NCBI GenBank assembly: GCA_040756235.1 | Contig: JBFLZG010000082.1 | Location: 1 to 43,826 of the forward strand | Length of the DNA: 43,826 nt | DNA from: a bacterium | Lineage (GTDB): Bacteria > Desulfobacterota > DSWW01 | Direction of reading: 5' to 3' | Part shown: in pieces, positions 26,716-36,973 of the stretch | Layout: each line of letters begins with the position of its first letter | Numbering within the stretch: position 1 is the first letter of the stretch | The notes under the pieces: model-generated | What the model was told of the DNA's origin: nothing | Database searches by the model: none | The model's input: the letters and a program-made list of their open reading frames with translations, nothing else | Translations under genes and position numbers: made by a program

Positions 26716-28161
26716 CTACCTGGAGCGCTTGGACATCTTGCTCCAGGGGTGAAAGCTGATGATGCACTCGTTGCACGTGTCGCGGGCGGCCAGGCCAGCG
26801 CTGCGGACCATGCCCAGGGCCTGCAGGAAATCGGCCAGCCGGTCCGGCATCAGGAAATGGTCGGAAACGAATTCCCGGCCCCGCTGGCCGAGCTTGCGGG
26901 CGGCAGCCGGCGATTTGAGCAGCTGCACCACCTTCCTCGCCGTGCGCGCCGCCGTCTCGAAAAAGAAGCCGGTCTCTTCGTTCCGGATCTGCAGCGGGAT
27001 GGCGCCCACGTCGGCCCCGATCACCGGTTTGGATTTCCAGAGGGCTTCCGTGATCACGAGCCCGAAGCCTTCCTTGGTGGAAGGCTGCATGATCACGGTC
27101 GCCGCGCGCTGCAGAGCATTCACCTCTTTCCAGTTCAGGAGCCGGTCGGACATCTGCAGGCTCAACACGTGGACGTCCTCCATGCCCTCGGTTCTTTCCC
27201 GGACCTCCGCGAGGACCCGGCTTCCCTCCGGATCGTCCGTCGCCAGCCCTCCGGCCAGCACCAGCTGGCACGGCACTTCCTTTCTTACGTGCCGGAACGT
27301 GCCGATGGTCCTGTCGATCCCCTTCCAGGGGTCGTACCGTCCGATCTGCGCGACGATCGGGACTGCGGCATCGATCCCGTATTTTTCGAGCACCTGCTCG
27401 ACCTCCGCGCGGCTCAGGTCCCGGTTCTTCTCGGAGAGCGGATCGATGAAGGGCGGAATGAGGAACTTGGGCAGGGGCCAGCAGGAGACGACGTAGTGGG
27501 CAGCGGAGAAGATCGCGGCGTCGTAGTGCTCGGACAGGTCGGTGATGAACTCCCACAGGTCCGGATTGGCTCGCAGCGTCGACTCCTCGACGTCGATGTG
27601 ACAGCGCCAGAGCCAGGAGGATCGAGGGTCCTTGAGGTAGTGGATCAGGCCCATGGGCTGCGGATCGTGGATCAGCACCACGTCCGGCACGTCTTCGATC
27701 AGGTTGGCGCGCGCACAGTCCTCGAGATTGTAGATGTAGCCCTCCTTCATGGCCGCGGTGAAAGCGCCCTTCTTGCCCTGCAGGAGATTGTGCATGCCCT
27801 TGGTGATCTCGAAGAACGCCTGGCTGCCGCGGATGATCTTCCATTCGGATTCGATTCCCAACAGATTCAGGAAGGGGACCGAGCTGTAGAGCATCTCGGC
27901 CACGCCGCCCCCCTGGGCCGAGGAGTTCAGCTCCAGCACTTTCAGCCCCTGCAGCTTCTCGGCCGCTCTCCGCACGCGATCCGTCCGCGCGCTGCCCAGA
28001 AGAGAGGCGTAAACCTCGAGCGGGGGCGTGGCAAAGGGGCGGAATCCCTTCCTTGCGCTGTAGACCGTACCGTCCGCGAGCGGAAACGTGCTTGGGTTGC
28101 GCCCGTCCGCCCGCTCCTCGAGAGGCGCCTGCCGGCTGTTGCGGGTGATCTCCTCGGTCAT
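26716..28161 (-). CDS. treT: Trehalose synthase (GT4 glycosyltransferase, TreT-like)
   Basis: NSSAQGGGVAEML, IHDPQP, WRCHID, PFIDPLSEKN, GRYDPWKG, KEGFGLVITEALWK; GGAGGAG RBS before ATG 28161. Confidence 0.88.
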   Translation of the reverse strand: MTEEITRNSRQAPLEERADGRNPSTFPLADGTVYSARKGFRPFATPPLEVYASLLGSARTDRVRRAAEKLQGLKVLELNSSAQGGGVAEMLYSSVPFLNLLGIESEWKIIRGSQAFFEITKGMHNLLQGKKGAFTAAMKEGYIYNLEDCARANLIEDVPDVVLIHDPQPMGLIHYLKDPRSSWLWRCHIDVEESTLRANPDLWEFITDLSEHYDAAIFSAAHYVVSCWPLPKFLIPPFIDPLSEKNRDLSRAEVEQVLEKYGIDAAVPIVAQIGRYDPWKGIDRTIGTFRHVRKEVPCQLVLAGGLATDDPEGSRVLAEVRERTEGMEDVHVLSLQMSDRLLNWKEVNALQRAATVIMQPSTKEGFGLVITEALWKSKPVIGADVGAIPLQIRNEETGFFFETAARTARKVVQLLKSPAAARKLGQRGREFVSDHFLMPDRLADFLQALGMVRSAGLAARDTCNECIISFHPWSKMSKRSR

Positions 28162-28249
28162 GCTCTCTCCTCCTCGAAGGGTTTCCCGGGACGTGCTTCG
28201 AAACGGCCCTTCTCGCGGGCTCGCCCCGACCATCGGGAAGCCGCCGCGC

Positions 28250-31200
28250 TCATGTCTCCCCTCCCGTCTGTTCGAGCAGAGCGACCGGAAAGCGGCCGAG
28301 GAGAAGCGCGATGCGCAGGCCCGGGCCGTCTTCGGCCGGCCCTTTGCGGACCGGCTCTCCCGTGAGGAAATTCCGATAGCTCCTGCCCTCGAGATCGGGC
28401 GGCAGCAGCAGCCGCGTATCCTTCCATACTTCTTCGCCCATGGGCGGACGCTCGACACCGCCCGTGAGCCCCGCGATGCGGCACGGTGCGACGACCAGAG
28501 CGGAGTCCCGATCGAGCACCCGTGCGAAAGCGCACACGTGATCCTGCCTTTCCCCGCGCCCTTCGAGCGGCAGATAGTCGCCATGCGTAAAAAGGCGTCT
28601 GTGGTCGCGGCGAAAGTTGAGAGTCCGGAAGGTGAGGTAGAGCTTGCTGCGCCCGTCGTGCAGGCTCTCGAGGAGCTCGCCCGCGAGCGGCAGGAGCTCC
28701 GCACCTGACCGGTCCACTCGGTCCTTCAGCTCGTCGAGCATGCGCCTGCGGGCTTCGTAATCCACCGGCCTGCGGTTGTCCGGGTCCACGAGGCTCAGGT
28801 TCCAGGTCTCGGTGCCTTGATAGAGGTCCGGCACGCCGGGGGCGGTGAGCTTGAGAAGGACCTGGGAGAGGGCGTTGAAGCAGCCGAAGAAGGCGACCCG
28901 GTTCGCGAACGCCTCGAGGCGGCGGAGAAAGCGGTTCTTTCTCTTTCCGTCCAGGACCCGATGGACGAAGTCCAGGGTGGCCTTTTCGTATTCCTCGTTG
29001 GGGTTGATCCAGCTCGTGTGCACCTTGGCTTCGGAGATGGCTTTCTGCATGTAAGCCGCAACCCGTTCCCGGAAGGCGGCGAGCTCCGCGCCGGACAGGG
29101 GTCCGGCAGGCCGGGCTCCGACCAGGGCCTGGTACAGCAGGTACTCGTCGTTGGAGTCCGGTGCGGCTTCCCCGTCCACCACGGTCTTCTTCGAGGCGTT
29201 GAGGCGGCTCCAGCGGCCGAGGGCAGACCTCCACTCGGCCGGGATCTCGGACAGGACGTTGATCCTCGCCCGAACGTCCTCGCTGCGCTTGGTGTCGTGA
29301 GTGGAGGTGGCGAGCAGGGTGTGGGGCCAGTCGGCCAGCCGCCTCGCATTGGCTTCGTGAAAGGCGCGGATCGGGGTGCCGAAGCGCTCGGGATCCCCCC
29401 CTACCTCGTTCAGGGAAGCGAGACGATTGAAAACATAGAAGGCCGTGTCCTCGCATCCCTTGGCCATGACCGGGCCGGTGGTCTGCTGGAACTTCATGAC
29501 GAAGCGGAGCAGCTTGTCCTTGTCTCGCTCCGGGAAATCCGCAAGGTTGCGGAGGAGCAGCGTGTCGCGGATGAAGTCGAATATGGCTTCGGCGGTGCGC
29601 GGGTTCCGCCTCTTCGCCTCCTCCGTGGCGGCTTCGATGTAGGAGGCGTCCCGGGGCTGGACCGCGCTTCCGTGTATATACGTGCGGTACACGGCGAGGC
29701 AGGCAATGATTTCGCGAATGGCAAACATGAGGCTGTTGAGCGTGAAATCCCGGTACCAGCGGTTTCCCTCCGAGATGCGCTCGAGCTGGTGGCTCAAGGA
29801 ATGGATCTCGCTCGCGAGGGAGATGAGCATGATCATCTTCTTGGACGAGTTCAACAGGTTCGGATACGAGATCGCTCTCCCGATGAACTGAGTGTAAACC
29901 CTGTTCAGCAGCGCTCGATTGGCGGTCTCGACAAAGATTCCGTTGAGGTCGTTCAGGAAGTCGTAGCCGGTCGTGCCGTGGACCGCCCAGTCTCCGGGCA
30001 GGGGCTCGCTCTCGGAAAGGATCTTCTCCGCCACGATGTAGAGCGGCCACCCGGGCGACGGTCCGCCGCGCCGCCCGCCGTCCGCATCCGCGATCCACTC
30101 TTCGGCCGCCGGCTCGATCTGCGCGGCCGGTGACGGCTCTTCCTCCGGCGCCGCCGCAGAGCGCACCCGCTGCTGCAGGCGGCGGATCAGATATTCGCGC
30201 TGCAGCTTGCGGAAGTACTCGGAGGGGTTCCAGAGGCCGTCGGGGTGGTCGACTCGCAGGCCGGTCACCTTTCCTTCCGCGACCAGCCGAAAGATGAGTC
30301 GATGGGTCTGCGCAAATACGGCAGGAAGCTCCATGCGGATGGCGGCCAGGTTGTTGATGTCGAAGAAGCGCCGGTAGTTGATTTCGTCCGATGCCACGCG
30401 CCAGAAGGCCGGCCGGTACCCTTGGCGCTGAAAGAGCTCGTCCAGACCGTCGAAGCTCCTCCAGTCCTGCGGGTTGCCGTTGAAGAATGCAACCGACTGT
30501 TCGATGGCCGAGAGCGTCTCCGGACTCTGGCCGCAAAGGTTGGCGATCCTGCGCTTGATGACCTCCTTTTCGCGCTGGCGCTCCTCGATCTTTTCCGGGT
30601 CGACCTCCGTGCGCAGCGGCAGGTAGCTGAGCGCCGTCAGGATACTCTGGAGCTCCTGCAGGTGCTCGCTCTCCTTTTCGAGCCTCTCGGCCAGGAGCTC
30701 CAGCGCCCGGCCGAGGATCAGGGCGTAGGTGCGGGGCGCAACCGGGAACTTGTTCTCGTAATAGTAGATCAGGAACGCCCCGCCCTCGAAGGCCAGACGG
30801 AACTTGCCGGTCTCCAGGACCCTGCCGTACTGATCCTCGAGAATCGGAAGGAGCACCTTGTTCTCCAGCTCCGGCTTGACCGGGCGCCAGTCGATGTCGA
30901 AGAAGCTGGCGTAGGGAGAGCTGGGGCCGTTCTCCAGAACGTCGAACCACCATGCATTTCCGGCCCCGCGGATACCCATGTGGTTGGGCACGACGTCCAG
31001 GATGAACCCCATGTCGCAGGCCTGCAGGGCCTCGGAAAGATCGTCGAAGGCCTCCTCGCCTCCGATGGCCGGATCGAGCTCGTTGTGGTCGCAGATGTCG
31101 TACGCATGGCTGTCGGCCGAGCAGAGCTTGAACACCGGGGAGGCATAGAGATCGGTGATCCCGAGATCGTGCAGGTAGGGAACCAGCGCGCGCGCCTCGC

Positions 31201-31300
31201 GGAAGGTGAAGTCCCGGCCGAACTGCAGGCGGTAGGTGGCGCAGGGGATGCGGACCTGCGCCGCGATCTCCCGGAGCATCTCGGAAAGGGGAGCAGGCAT
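28250..31300 (-). CDS. treY: Malto-oligosyltrehalose synthase
   Basis: ATYRLQF, LDVVPNHM, INYRRFFDIN, GLRVDHPDGL, VAEKIL, STHDTKRSEDVRAR, PGVPDLYQG, SLVDPDNRRPVD. Confidence 0.96.
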   Translation of the reverse strand: MPAPLSEMLREIAAQVRIPCATYRLQFGRDFTFREARALVPYLHDLGITDLYASPVFKLCSADSHAYDICDHNELDPAIGGEEAFDDLSEALQACDMGFILDVVPNHMGIRGAGNAWWFDVLENGPSSPYASFFDIDWRPVKPELENKVLLPILEDQYGRVLETGKFRLAFEGGAFLIYYYENKFPVAPRTYALILGRALELLAERLEKESEHLQELQSILTALSYLPLRTEVDPEKIEERQREKEVIKRRIANLCGQSPETLSAIEQSVAFFNGNPQDWRSFDGLDELFQRQGYRPAFWRVASDEINYRRFFDINNLAAIRMELPAVFAQTHRLIFRLVAEGKVTGLRVDHPDGLWNPSEYFRKLQREYLIRRLQQRVRSAAAPEEEPSPAAQIEPAAEEWIADADGGRRGGPSPGWPLYIVAEKILSESEPLPGDWAVHGTTGYDFLNDLNGIFVETANRALLNRVYTQFIGRAISYPNLLNSSKKMIMLISLASEIHSLSHQLERISEGNRWYRDFTLNSLMFAIREIIACLAVYRTYIHGSAVQPRDASYIEAATEEAKRRNPRTAEAIFDFIRDTLLLRNLADFPERDKDKLLRFVMKFQQTTGPVMAKGCEDTAFYVFNRLASLNEVGGDPERFGTPIRAFHEANARRLADWPHTLLATSTHDTKRSEDVRARINVLSEIPAEWRSALGRWSRLNASKKTVVDGEAAPDSNDEYLLYQALVGARPAGPLSGAELAAFRERVAAYMQKAISEAKVHTSWINPNEEYEKATLDFVHRVLDGKRKNRFLRRLEAFANRVAFFGCFNALSQVLLKLTAPGVPDLYQGTETWNLSLVDPDNRRPVDYEARRRMLDELKDRVDRSGAELLPLAGELLESLHDGRSKLYLTFRTLNFRRDHRRLFTHGDYLPLEGRGERQDHVCAFARVLDRDSALVVAPCRIAGLTGGVERPPMGEEVWKDTRLLLPPDLEGRSYRNFLTGEPVRKGPAEDGPGLRIALLLGRFPVALLEQTGGET

Positions 31301-31432
31301 CGTCGGCACCTTTCTTCCGTTCAGCCTCTGCGGACGGTGTCCTCCGACCCCCAGCGCCGGGGGAGGAAGCCGACCGGACGACCGACAGGCCCTCGAACGA
31401 TCGGGCGGGTCAGGCCCCGTTCGCAGAAGGGT

Positions 31433-33277
31433 TCACGCGTCGGACTCACGGGTGAAGAGGAGGAAAGCCTTGGGATGAAGCTTCAGGGTGAGTCTTCCCC
31501 CGGATTCGAGCCGGCCGGGCGCGTCGCTGCCTCTCCCGCCCCATTGTGCGTCCTCCGAGTCGAACCGCTTCTGCCAACGGCCCGGCGGCATGGGCAGCTC
31601 GATCGATTCCGGGCGATCGCCGAAGTGGAAGGCCGCGAGCGCCTGCTCGTTTCCTTTCCACCTGCGGAGGCAGAGAAGCCGGTGCTGTTCGGAGCGGAAG
31701 ACCTCCATTTCTTCGGGTGAACAAGGGCCCAGGGGCGCGAGGCTCCGGCGCAAGCGGAACAGCTCCCGATGGAGGTCCAGAAGTACCCGGTGCCGCCCCG
31801 AGCGGCACAGATCGCGGTTCAGCTTCGCGCTCAGGAAGGTCGTCTCGTCCTGGGGATCCGGCGGCTCGCCGGCCCACCGGAACCCGGCAAACTCCCTGCG
31901 GCGGCCTTGCCGGACCGCTTCGACCAGATCGCGATCCGAATGGCTGACGAAGTAGGGAAAGGGCGCGGTCTCGCCGTACTCCTGGCCCATGAACAGCAGG
32001 GGGATGAATGGCGACAGGATCAGGACTCCGGCGGCGAGCTTCTCCGCCTCGAAGGAGAGCAGCGTGCTCAGACGGTCCCCGGCCATGCGGTTCCCGATCT
32101 GGTCGTGGTTCTGGGTGAAGGCGACGAATCGGCCCGGTGGGATCCCTCTGGAGGACCTCCCGTGCGGCCTGCGCCGGTGGACCGAGAAATCCCCTGCGTA
32201 GACGAACCCGTCGCGCAGCGCCTTCTCCAGATGGGACAGGCCTCCGAAATCCTCGTAGTAACCGTCCTTCTCGCCCGTGAGGAGGCCGTGCACGGCGTGG
32301 TGGAAGTCGTCCAGCCACTGCGCGTCCAACCCGAAGCCGCCCAGCTCGCGGGACCTCACCAGCCGCGTATCGTTGAGATCGCTCTCCGCGATCAGGTGGA
32401 CGCGACGGTTGAGCCGTTCGGCGCGCTCCTGGGCGGCCATCGACAGCTCCTCGAGAAAGGGCAGGGCCGAGAAGTCCAGGATGGCGTGGACCGCGTCCAG
32501 CCTCAGGGCGTCCACGTGGAACCGGGATACCCAGTAGAGAGCGTTCTCGACGAAGAAGCGCCGCACTGCGCCGCTGTCGGGCCCGTCGAAATTGAGCGCC
32601 TGACCCCATTGCGTCTGATAGCGGTTGGTGAAGTAGGGGCCGAAGTCGGCCAGATAGTTCCCTTCCGGTCCCATGTGGTTGTAAACCACGTCCAGCACCA
32701 CCGCCATTCCCCTCTGATGGCAGGCATTCACGAGCTTCTTCAGCCCCCGGGGGCCGCCGTACGAATTCTGTACGGCGAAAAGGCTGGCCCCGTCGTAGCC
32801 CCAATTGCGCCCTCCGGGGAACTGGGCAACGGGCATCAGCTCGACGGCCGTGATCCCCAGGTCCCGCAGCTCGTCCAGATGGCGGATGACGGCTTCGAAA
32901 GTCCCCTCCCGCGTGAAGGTGCCGACGTGCAGCTCGTACAGGACATAGTCGCGCAAAGGAAGGCCGAACCACCCGGCATCCTCCCATGGGAACTCGTGAT
33001 CCACCACTTCTGAGGGGCCGTGCACGCCCTCGGGCTGGAACCGCGATGCCGGGTCGGGTCGCTCCCGGCGCCGGTCGAGGCGGAAGAAATATCGGCAGCC
33101 GGGTTGTACGCCTTCGACGACCGCCTGGTGATAGGCCCCTTCAGGGTGGAGAGGCTCCACCCGCTCTTGCGGCGTGAGGATCCGGACCTCCATCTTCTGG
33201 GCCAGGGGCGCCCAGACGCGGAACCGGCAGCGCCTGTCCCCGAGATATATGGCACCCAACTCGGTTCTTGAAATCAC
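31433..33277 (-). CDS. treZ: Malto-oligosyltrehalose trehalohydrolase
   Basis: FRVWAP, PDPASRFQPEGVHGPS, YELHVGTFT, RNWGYDG, ALRLDAVHAI, IAESD, QNHDQIGNR, LLFMGQEY. Confidence 0.96.
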   Translation of the reverse strand: MISRTELGAIYLGDRRCRFRVWAPLAQKMEVRILTPQERVEPLHPEGAYHQAVVEGVQPGCRYFFRLDRRRERPDPASRFQPEGVHGPSEVVDHEFPWEDAGWFGLPLRDYVLYELHVGTFTREGTFEAVIRHLDELRDLGITAVELMPVAQFPGGRNWGYDGASLFAVQNSYGGPRGLKKLVNACHQRGMAVVLDVVYNHMGPEGNYLADFGPYFTNRYQTQWGQALNFDGPDSGAVRRFFVENALYWVSRFHVDALRLDAVHAILDFSALPFLEELSMAAQERAERLNRRVHLIAESDLNDTRLVRSRELGGFGLDAQWLDDFHHAVHGLLTGEKDGYYEDFGGLSHLEKALRDGFVYAGDFSVHRRRPHGRSSRGIPPGRFVAFTQNHDQIGNRMAGDRLSTLLSFEAEKLAAGVLILSPFIPLLFMGQEYGETAPFPYFVSHSDRDLVEAVRQGRRREFAGFRWAGEPPDPQDETTFLSAKLNRDLCRSGRHRVLLDLHRELFRLRRSLAPLGPCSPEEMEVFRSEQHRLLCLRRWKGNEQALAAFHFGDRPESIELPMPPGRWQKRFDSEDAQWGGRGSDAPGRLESGGRLTLKLHPKAFLLFTRESDA

Positions 33278-33407
33278 GTCATGAGGACCTCAGATCGTAA
33301 TCTGGATAGGCTTCCGTGGCATGATCCGGACGGACCATGACGCAGCCTCGCAGGCCAGAATCCGGTCCCCCGCACCCCGCAATTGCAGCTGTTCCTGATG
33401 CAGACTT

Positions 33408-33452
33408 CTGGATCCCGGCTCACACGCGCTGCGCAACCGGGCCGGGATGACG
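33408..33452. repeat. REP/RPE-like palindrome (GTCATCCCGGC...GCCGGGATCCAG on minus strand)
   Basis: CTGGATCCCGGC...GCCGGGATGACG inverted arms in the treS-treZ intergenic region. Confidence 0.6.
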
Positions 33453-33509
33453 CATCGCTGAATGGATGCCAGCTTTTGGAGCGAAGTTGCCATCAGGAAA
33501 GCTGGAAGA

Positions 33510-33557
33510 ATTTATTCAACTATAATTGCAGGCCATTGCGTAGCTTGTTGAATAAAT
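33510..33557. repeat. AT-rich perfect 11-bp inverted repeat just after the treS stop
   Basis: ATTTATTCAAC(33510-20)...GTTGAATAAAT(33547-57). Confidence 0.6.
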
Positions 33558-33561
33558 CACT

Positions 33562-36500
33562 TTAACAATTTTCGAGAAGCTCCAGGATGCCAAGGATCGG
33601 GATCCTGGCCTGCTCCGGCCGGTTGTCGAGCTCGTGTCCGAGCTCGTAGACGGCCTTGTCGAGCAGAAACAACTGCAACAGCCGCTCCATCTCTTGCCGG
33701 GTCCGTGGCAGGAGGGCGGACTTGGATACGGCGTTCAGGTAGGACTCGAAGAAGACCACGGACACCCAGGCGAGCCAGAAATCGGCTGCTCTCTTCAAGA
33801 AGGGGAGGTCGTCGCGCTTGGCCAGCCCCCGCTCTTCTTGCGCGAAAAGAGAGGTCTGGGCAGCGTAATGAAAGGAGCGCAGCATGCCGGCCACGTCTCG
33901 AAGGGGCGAGCGCTTGATCCGGCGTTCGCTCAGGGATCGCGCGGGCTCTCCCTCGAAATCGATGATGAAGAGATCCTTGCCGGTGTACAGGAGCTGCCCG
34001 AGCCGGTAATCGCCGTGACATCGAATCCGCATGGCCTTGATCTTGAGATCGACCACCGATCGGAAGCAGCCGATGATCTCGTTCTGCTTGTCCAGAAGCC
34101 TCTGGGCATTCGGCGGAGCGCTGTGCGGGGTGTGTTTCACCTGCTGCCCGAGCCTCGACAGCACACGCAGCGCCAGTCCTCGCATCGACTGGTACATGGC
34201 GCGCTGGTAAAGCTTGGAGAACGGCTCCGGCGTGAAATCCGGGTCGTCGCGGAGGGAACCCAGAAAAACATGCAGCTCACCGGTGCGCTGCCCGATGAGC
34301 CGGGCCGCATCCAGGCACGGGCCGATCGTTTCGGACGCCAGAGGGGGCAGATCGGCCCCGGCCTCCCCGGTCCAGGGGGAAGGGGGCAAGGGGGCATTCT
34401 CGACCCGGGCGCGGCCGGCCAGGGAGCGCTCGTAAAAGCCGTTCAGCTCGTCCAGAAAGACGTCCCAGGCGTCCCCCTCGTTGGGCACGAAACCGTGCAG
34501 CACGGCCAGGGTCGTCGGCTCCCCCCGGTCGCGGCGATGCTCGATCGCGCCGGCCAGGGGAGGGACATGGTCGAAGCCCTCTTCCGTCAGGACGCGGCCG
34601 ATCTCCAGGTCGGGGTTCTTGCCTGCCTCGAGCCGGCGGAAGAGCTTCAGGACGAAGCGATCTTCATAGAGAATGGAGGTGTTGTGCTGGTCGGCCGTGA
34701 TGACGGACGGCTCGAGCGGCCGGTCGCCCGCTCCCCGGATGCGGCGGTAGGCCCGGGTCGTTGCAGCTACCAGCGCTCCGTTCTGCCCTTTGCGGTACCG
34801 GCGGCGGCCGATGGTGTCGAGCAGGGCATTGCAGAAGTCCCTGTCCGAGGTCGCTTCGTACACGACCTGCCATTCGGCCTGGCCTTTCACCTTCAGGCGC
34901 ACGAGGCACTGGCTCGGGTCCTGCCGGTGCACCTCTTCCGCCCGGGCTCCGGAAATAAACCCCAGAGGCAGCAGGTAGCTCTCCGAGTCCCCGCCCACGT
35001 ACTCGACCTTCACCGTCGCGAGCCGGAACGGACCGTGCTCGTTGAGCGGGGGTATCTCCTCCCGCATCGTCGCGGACTTGATCTGCCGGAGGCGCCCGCC
35101 GAACCACCGCTGCCGCTTCAGGTAATCCGGAAGGACCTTCTCGATCTCCGACACCGCCTTGCCGTTGAGGTCCGCTCTCGGCGCCTCGCCGACCTCCGTC
35201 ACGGGGGGGGCGGCGGCCGCGCCGATCTCGATGGCGGGACGCCTCTGTTCGGCGGAGGTCAGAGAGAACAGAAAGAACGAATGGGGTCCGATGGTGATGA
35301 CGTACGGCTTCTCTCCGATGGGGGGAAACTCCGTGAGCCCGAACAGCTCGACCGGAACGCTTCCGGCCATGGGAGCCAGGTCGAGCTCCGTGTACTGGGC
35401 GAAGCGGGAGAGGTTGGCCACCATGAGTATGCACTCGCTGTCGTAGCGGCGCACGAAGGCCATCACTTTGCGGTTCTCGGGATGGAGGAACTCGATCGTT
35501 CCCCGGCCGAAGGCCTTGAGCCGTTTGCGCAGGGCGATCATGCGCTTCATCCACCACAGGAACGACGTGGGATTGCTCTGCTGCGCCTCCACGTTGATCG
35601 TCTCGTAGTGGTATTCCGGGTCGATGATGATGGGCAGATAGAGGCTCTGCGGGTTGGCTCGGGAGAAGCCCGCGTTGCGGTCTGCGCTCCACTGCATGGG
35701 CGTGCGGACCCCGTTGCGGTCGCCGAGATAGATGTTGTCTCCCATGCCGATCTCGTCTCCGTAGTAGAGGATCGGCGTCCCCGGCATCGACAGCAGGAGC
35801 CCCTTCATGAGCTCGATCCTGCGCCGGTGGTTGCCGAGCAGCGGCGCCAGCCGGCGGCGGATCCCCAGATTGAGCCGCATCTGCGGGTTCTGGGCGTAGA
35901 CCCGATACATGTAGTCCCGCTCTTCGTCGGTGACCATCTCCAGGGTCAGCTCGTCGTGGTTGCGCAGAAAGAGCGCCCACTGGCAGGCCTCCGGAATCGG
36001 GGGCGTCTGCTCGAGGATGTCGAGGACCGGGAAGCGGTCCTCCATGTGCAGGGACATGAACATCCTCGGCATGATCGGGAAGTGGAAGGCCATGTGGCAC
36101 TCGTCCCCTGCGCCGAAATAGGCGGTGGCGTCCTCGGGCCACTGGTTCGCCTCTGCCAGGAGCATCTTGTTGCGGAACCGGCTGTCCACGTGGGCGCGCA
36201 ACTCCTTCAGAAAGGCGTACGTCTCCGGCAGGTTTTCGCAGTTGGTGCCCGGGCGCTCGTACAGGTAGGGGACGGCGTCCAGCCGCACGCCGTCCACCCC
36301 CATCCCCAGCCAGAAATCGAGAACCTGAAAGACCGCCTTGCGGACCTGCGGGTTGTCGTAGTTCAAGTCCGGCTGGTGGGAGTAGAAACGGTGCCAGTAG
36401 TAGGCCTTGGCCAGAGGGTCCCAGGCCCAGTTCGAAGACTCGAAATCCTCGAAGATGATGCGCGCCTGCCGGTAGCGATCGACCGTGTCGCTCCAGACGT

Positions 36501-36915
36501 AGAAGTCCCGCCAACTGCTTCCCGGCTGCGCGCGCCTGGCCCTCTGGAACCAGGGGTGCTGATCGGAGGTGTGGTTGAGGATCACCTCGGTGATCACCCG
36601 GAGCCCGCGCAGATGGGCTTCCCGCAGGAAGCCCTTGAAGTCCTGCATGGTGCCGTAGGACGGGTGGATTCCGGTGTAGTCGGAGACGTCGTAGCCGTCG
36701 TCGCGGAACGGGGACGGATAGAACGGCAGGAGCCAGATGGCCGTGACGCCCAGGTCCTGCAGGTAATCGAGCTTCTGCCTCAGCCCGTTGAAATCGCCGA
36801 TGCCGTCGCCGTCGCTGTCACAGAAGGCCTTTACGTGCAGCTCGTAGACGATGGCGTCCTTGTACCAGAGCGGATCGTCCTCCAGACCGAGGGGGGTGCG
36901 TTTCTTTCCGAACAT
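33562..36915 (-). CDS. treS: Trehalose synthase / maltokinase fusion (TreS-Mak)
   Basis: WYKDAIVYE, DDGYD, HRFYSHQPDLN, RLDAVPYL, EANQW, RNHDELTLEMV; C-terminal QRWFGG, QHNTS, HGDY.LGQ, IIDFEGEP, PLRDVAGMLRS; upstream start at 36987 possible. Confidence 0.95.
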   Translation of the reverse strand: MFGKKRTPLGLEDDPLWYKDAIVYELHVKAFCDSDGDGIGDFNGLRQKLDYLQDLGVTAIWLLPFYPSPFRDDGYDVSDYTGIHPSYGTMQDFKGFLREAHLRGLRVITEVILNHTSDQHPWFQRARRAQPGSSWRDFYVWSDTVDRYRQARIIFEDFESSNWAWDPLAKAYYWHRFYSHQPDLNYDNPQVRKAVFQVLDFWLGMGVDGVRLDAVPYLYERPGTNCENLPETYAFLKELRAHVDSRFRNKMLLAEANQWPEDATAYFGAGDECHMAFHFPIMPRMFMSLHMEDRFPVLDILEQTPPIPEACQWALFLRNHDELTLEMVTDEERDYMYRVYAQNPQMRLNLGIRRRLAPLLGNHRRRIELMKGLLLSMPGTPILYYGDEIGMGDNIYLGDRNGVRTPMQWSADRNAGFSRANPQSLYLPIIIDPEYHYETINVEAQQSNPTSFLWWMKRMIALRKRLKAFGRGTIEFLHPENRKVMAFVRRYDSECILMVANLSRFAQYTELDLAPMAGSVPVELFGLTEFPPIGEKPYVITIGPHSFFLFSLTSAEQRRPAIEIGAAAAPPVTEVGEAPRADLNGKAVSEIEKVLPDYLKRQRWFGGRLRQIKSATMREEIPPLNEHGPFRLATVKVEYVGGDSESYLLPLGFISGARAEEVHRQDPSQCLVRLKVKGQAEWQVVYEATSDRDFCNALLDTIGRRRYRKGQNGALVAATTRAYRRIRGAGDRPLEPSVITADQHNTSILYEDRFVLKLFRRLEAGKNPDLEIGRVLTEEGFDHVPPLAGAIEHRRDRGEPTTLAVLHGFVPNEGDAWDVFLDELNGFYERSLAGRARVENAPLPPSPWTGEAGADLPPLASETIGPCLDAARLIGQRTGELHVFLGSLRDDPDFTPEPFSKLYQRAMYQSMRGLALRVLSRLGQQVKHTPHSAPPNAQRLLDKQNEIIGCFRSVVDLKIKAMRIRCHGDYRLGQLLYTGKDLFIIDFEGEPARSLSERRIKRSPLRDVAGMLRSFHYAAQTSLFAQEERGLAKRDDLPFLKRAADFWLAWVSVVFFESYLNAVSKSALLPRTRQEMERLLQLFLLDKAVYELGHELDNRPEQARIPILGILELLENC

Positions 36916-36973
36916 GCCGCGCTCTTTTTCTCCCGATGCCTTCCCGAGTCCGCTCCCAGTCAGGGTCCGGTCG

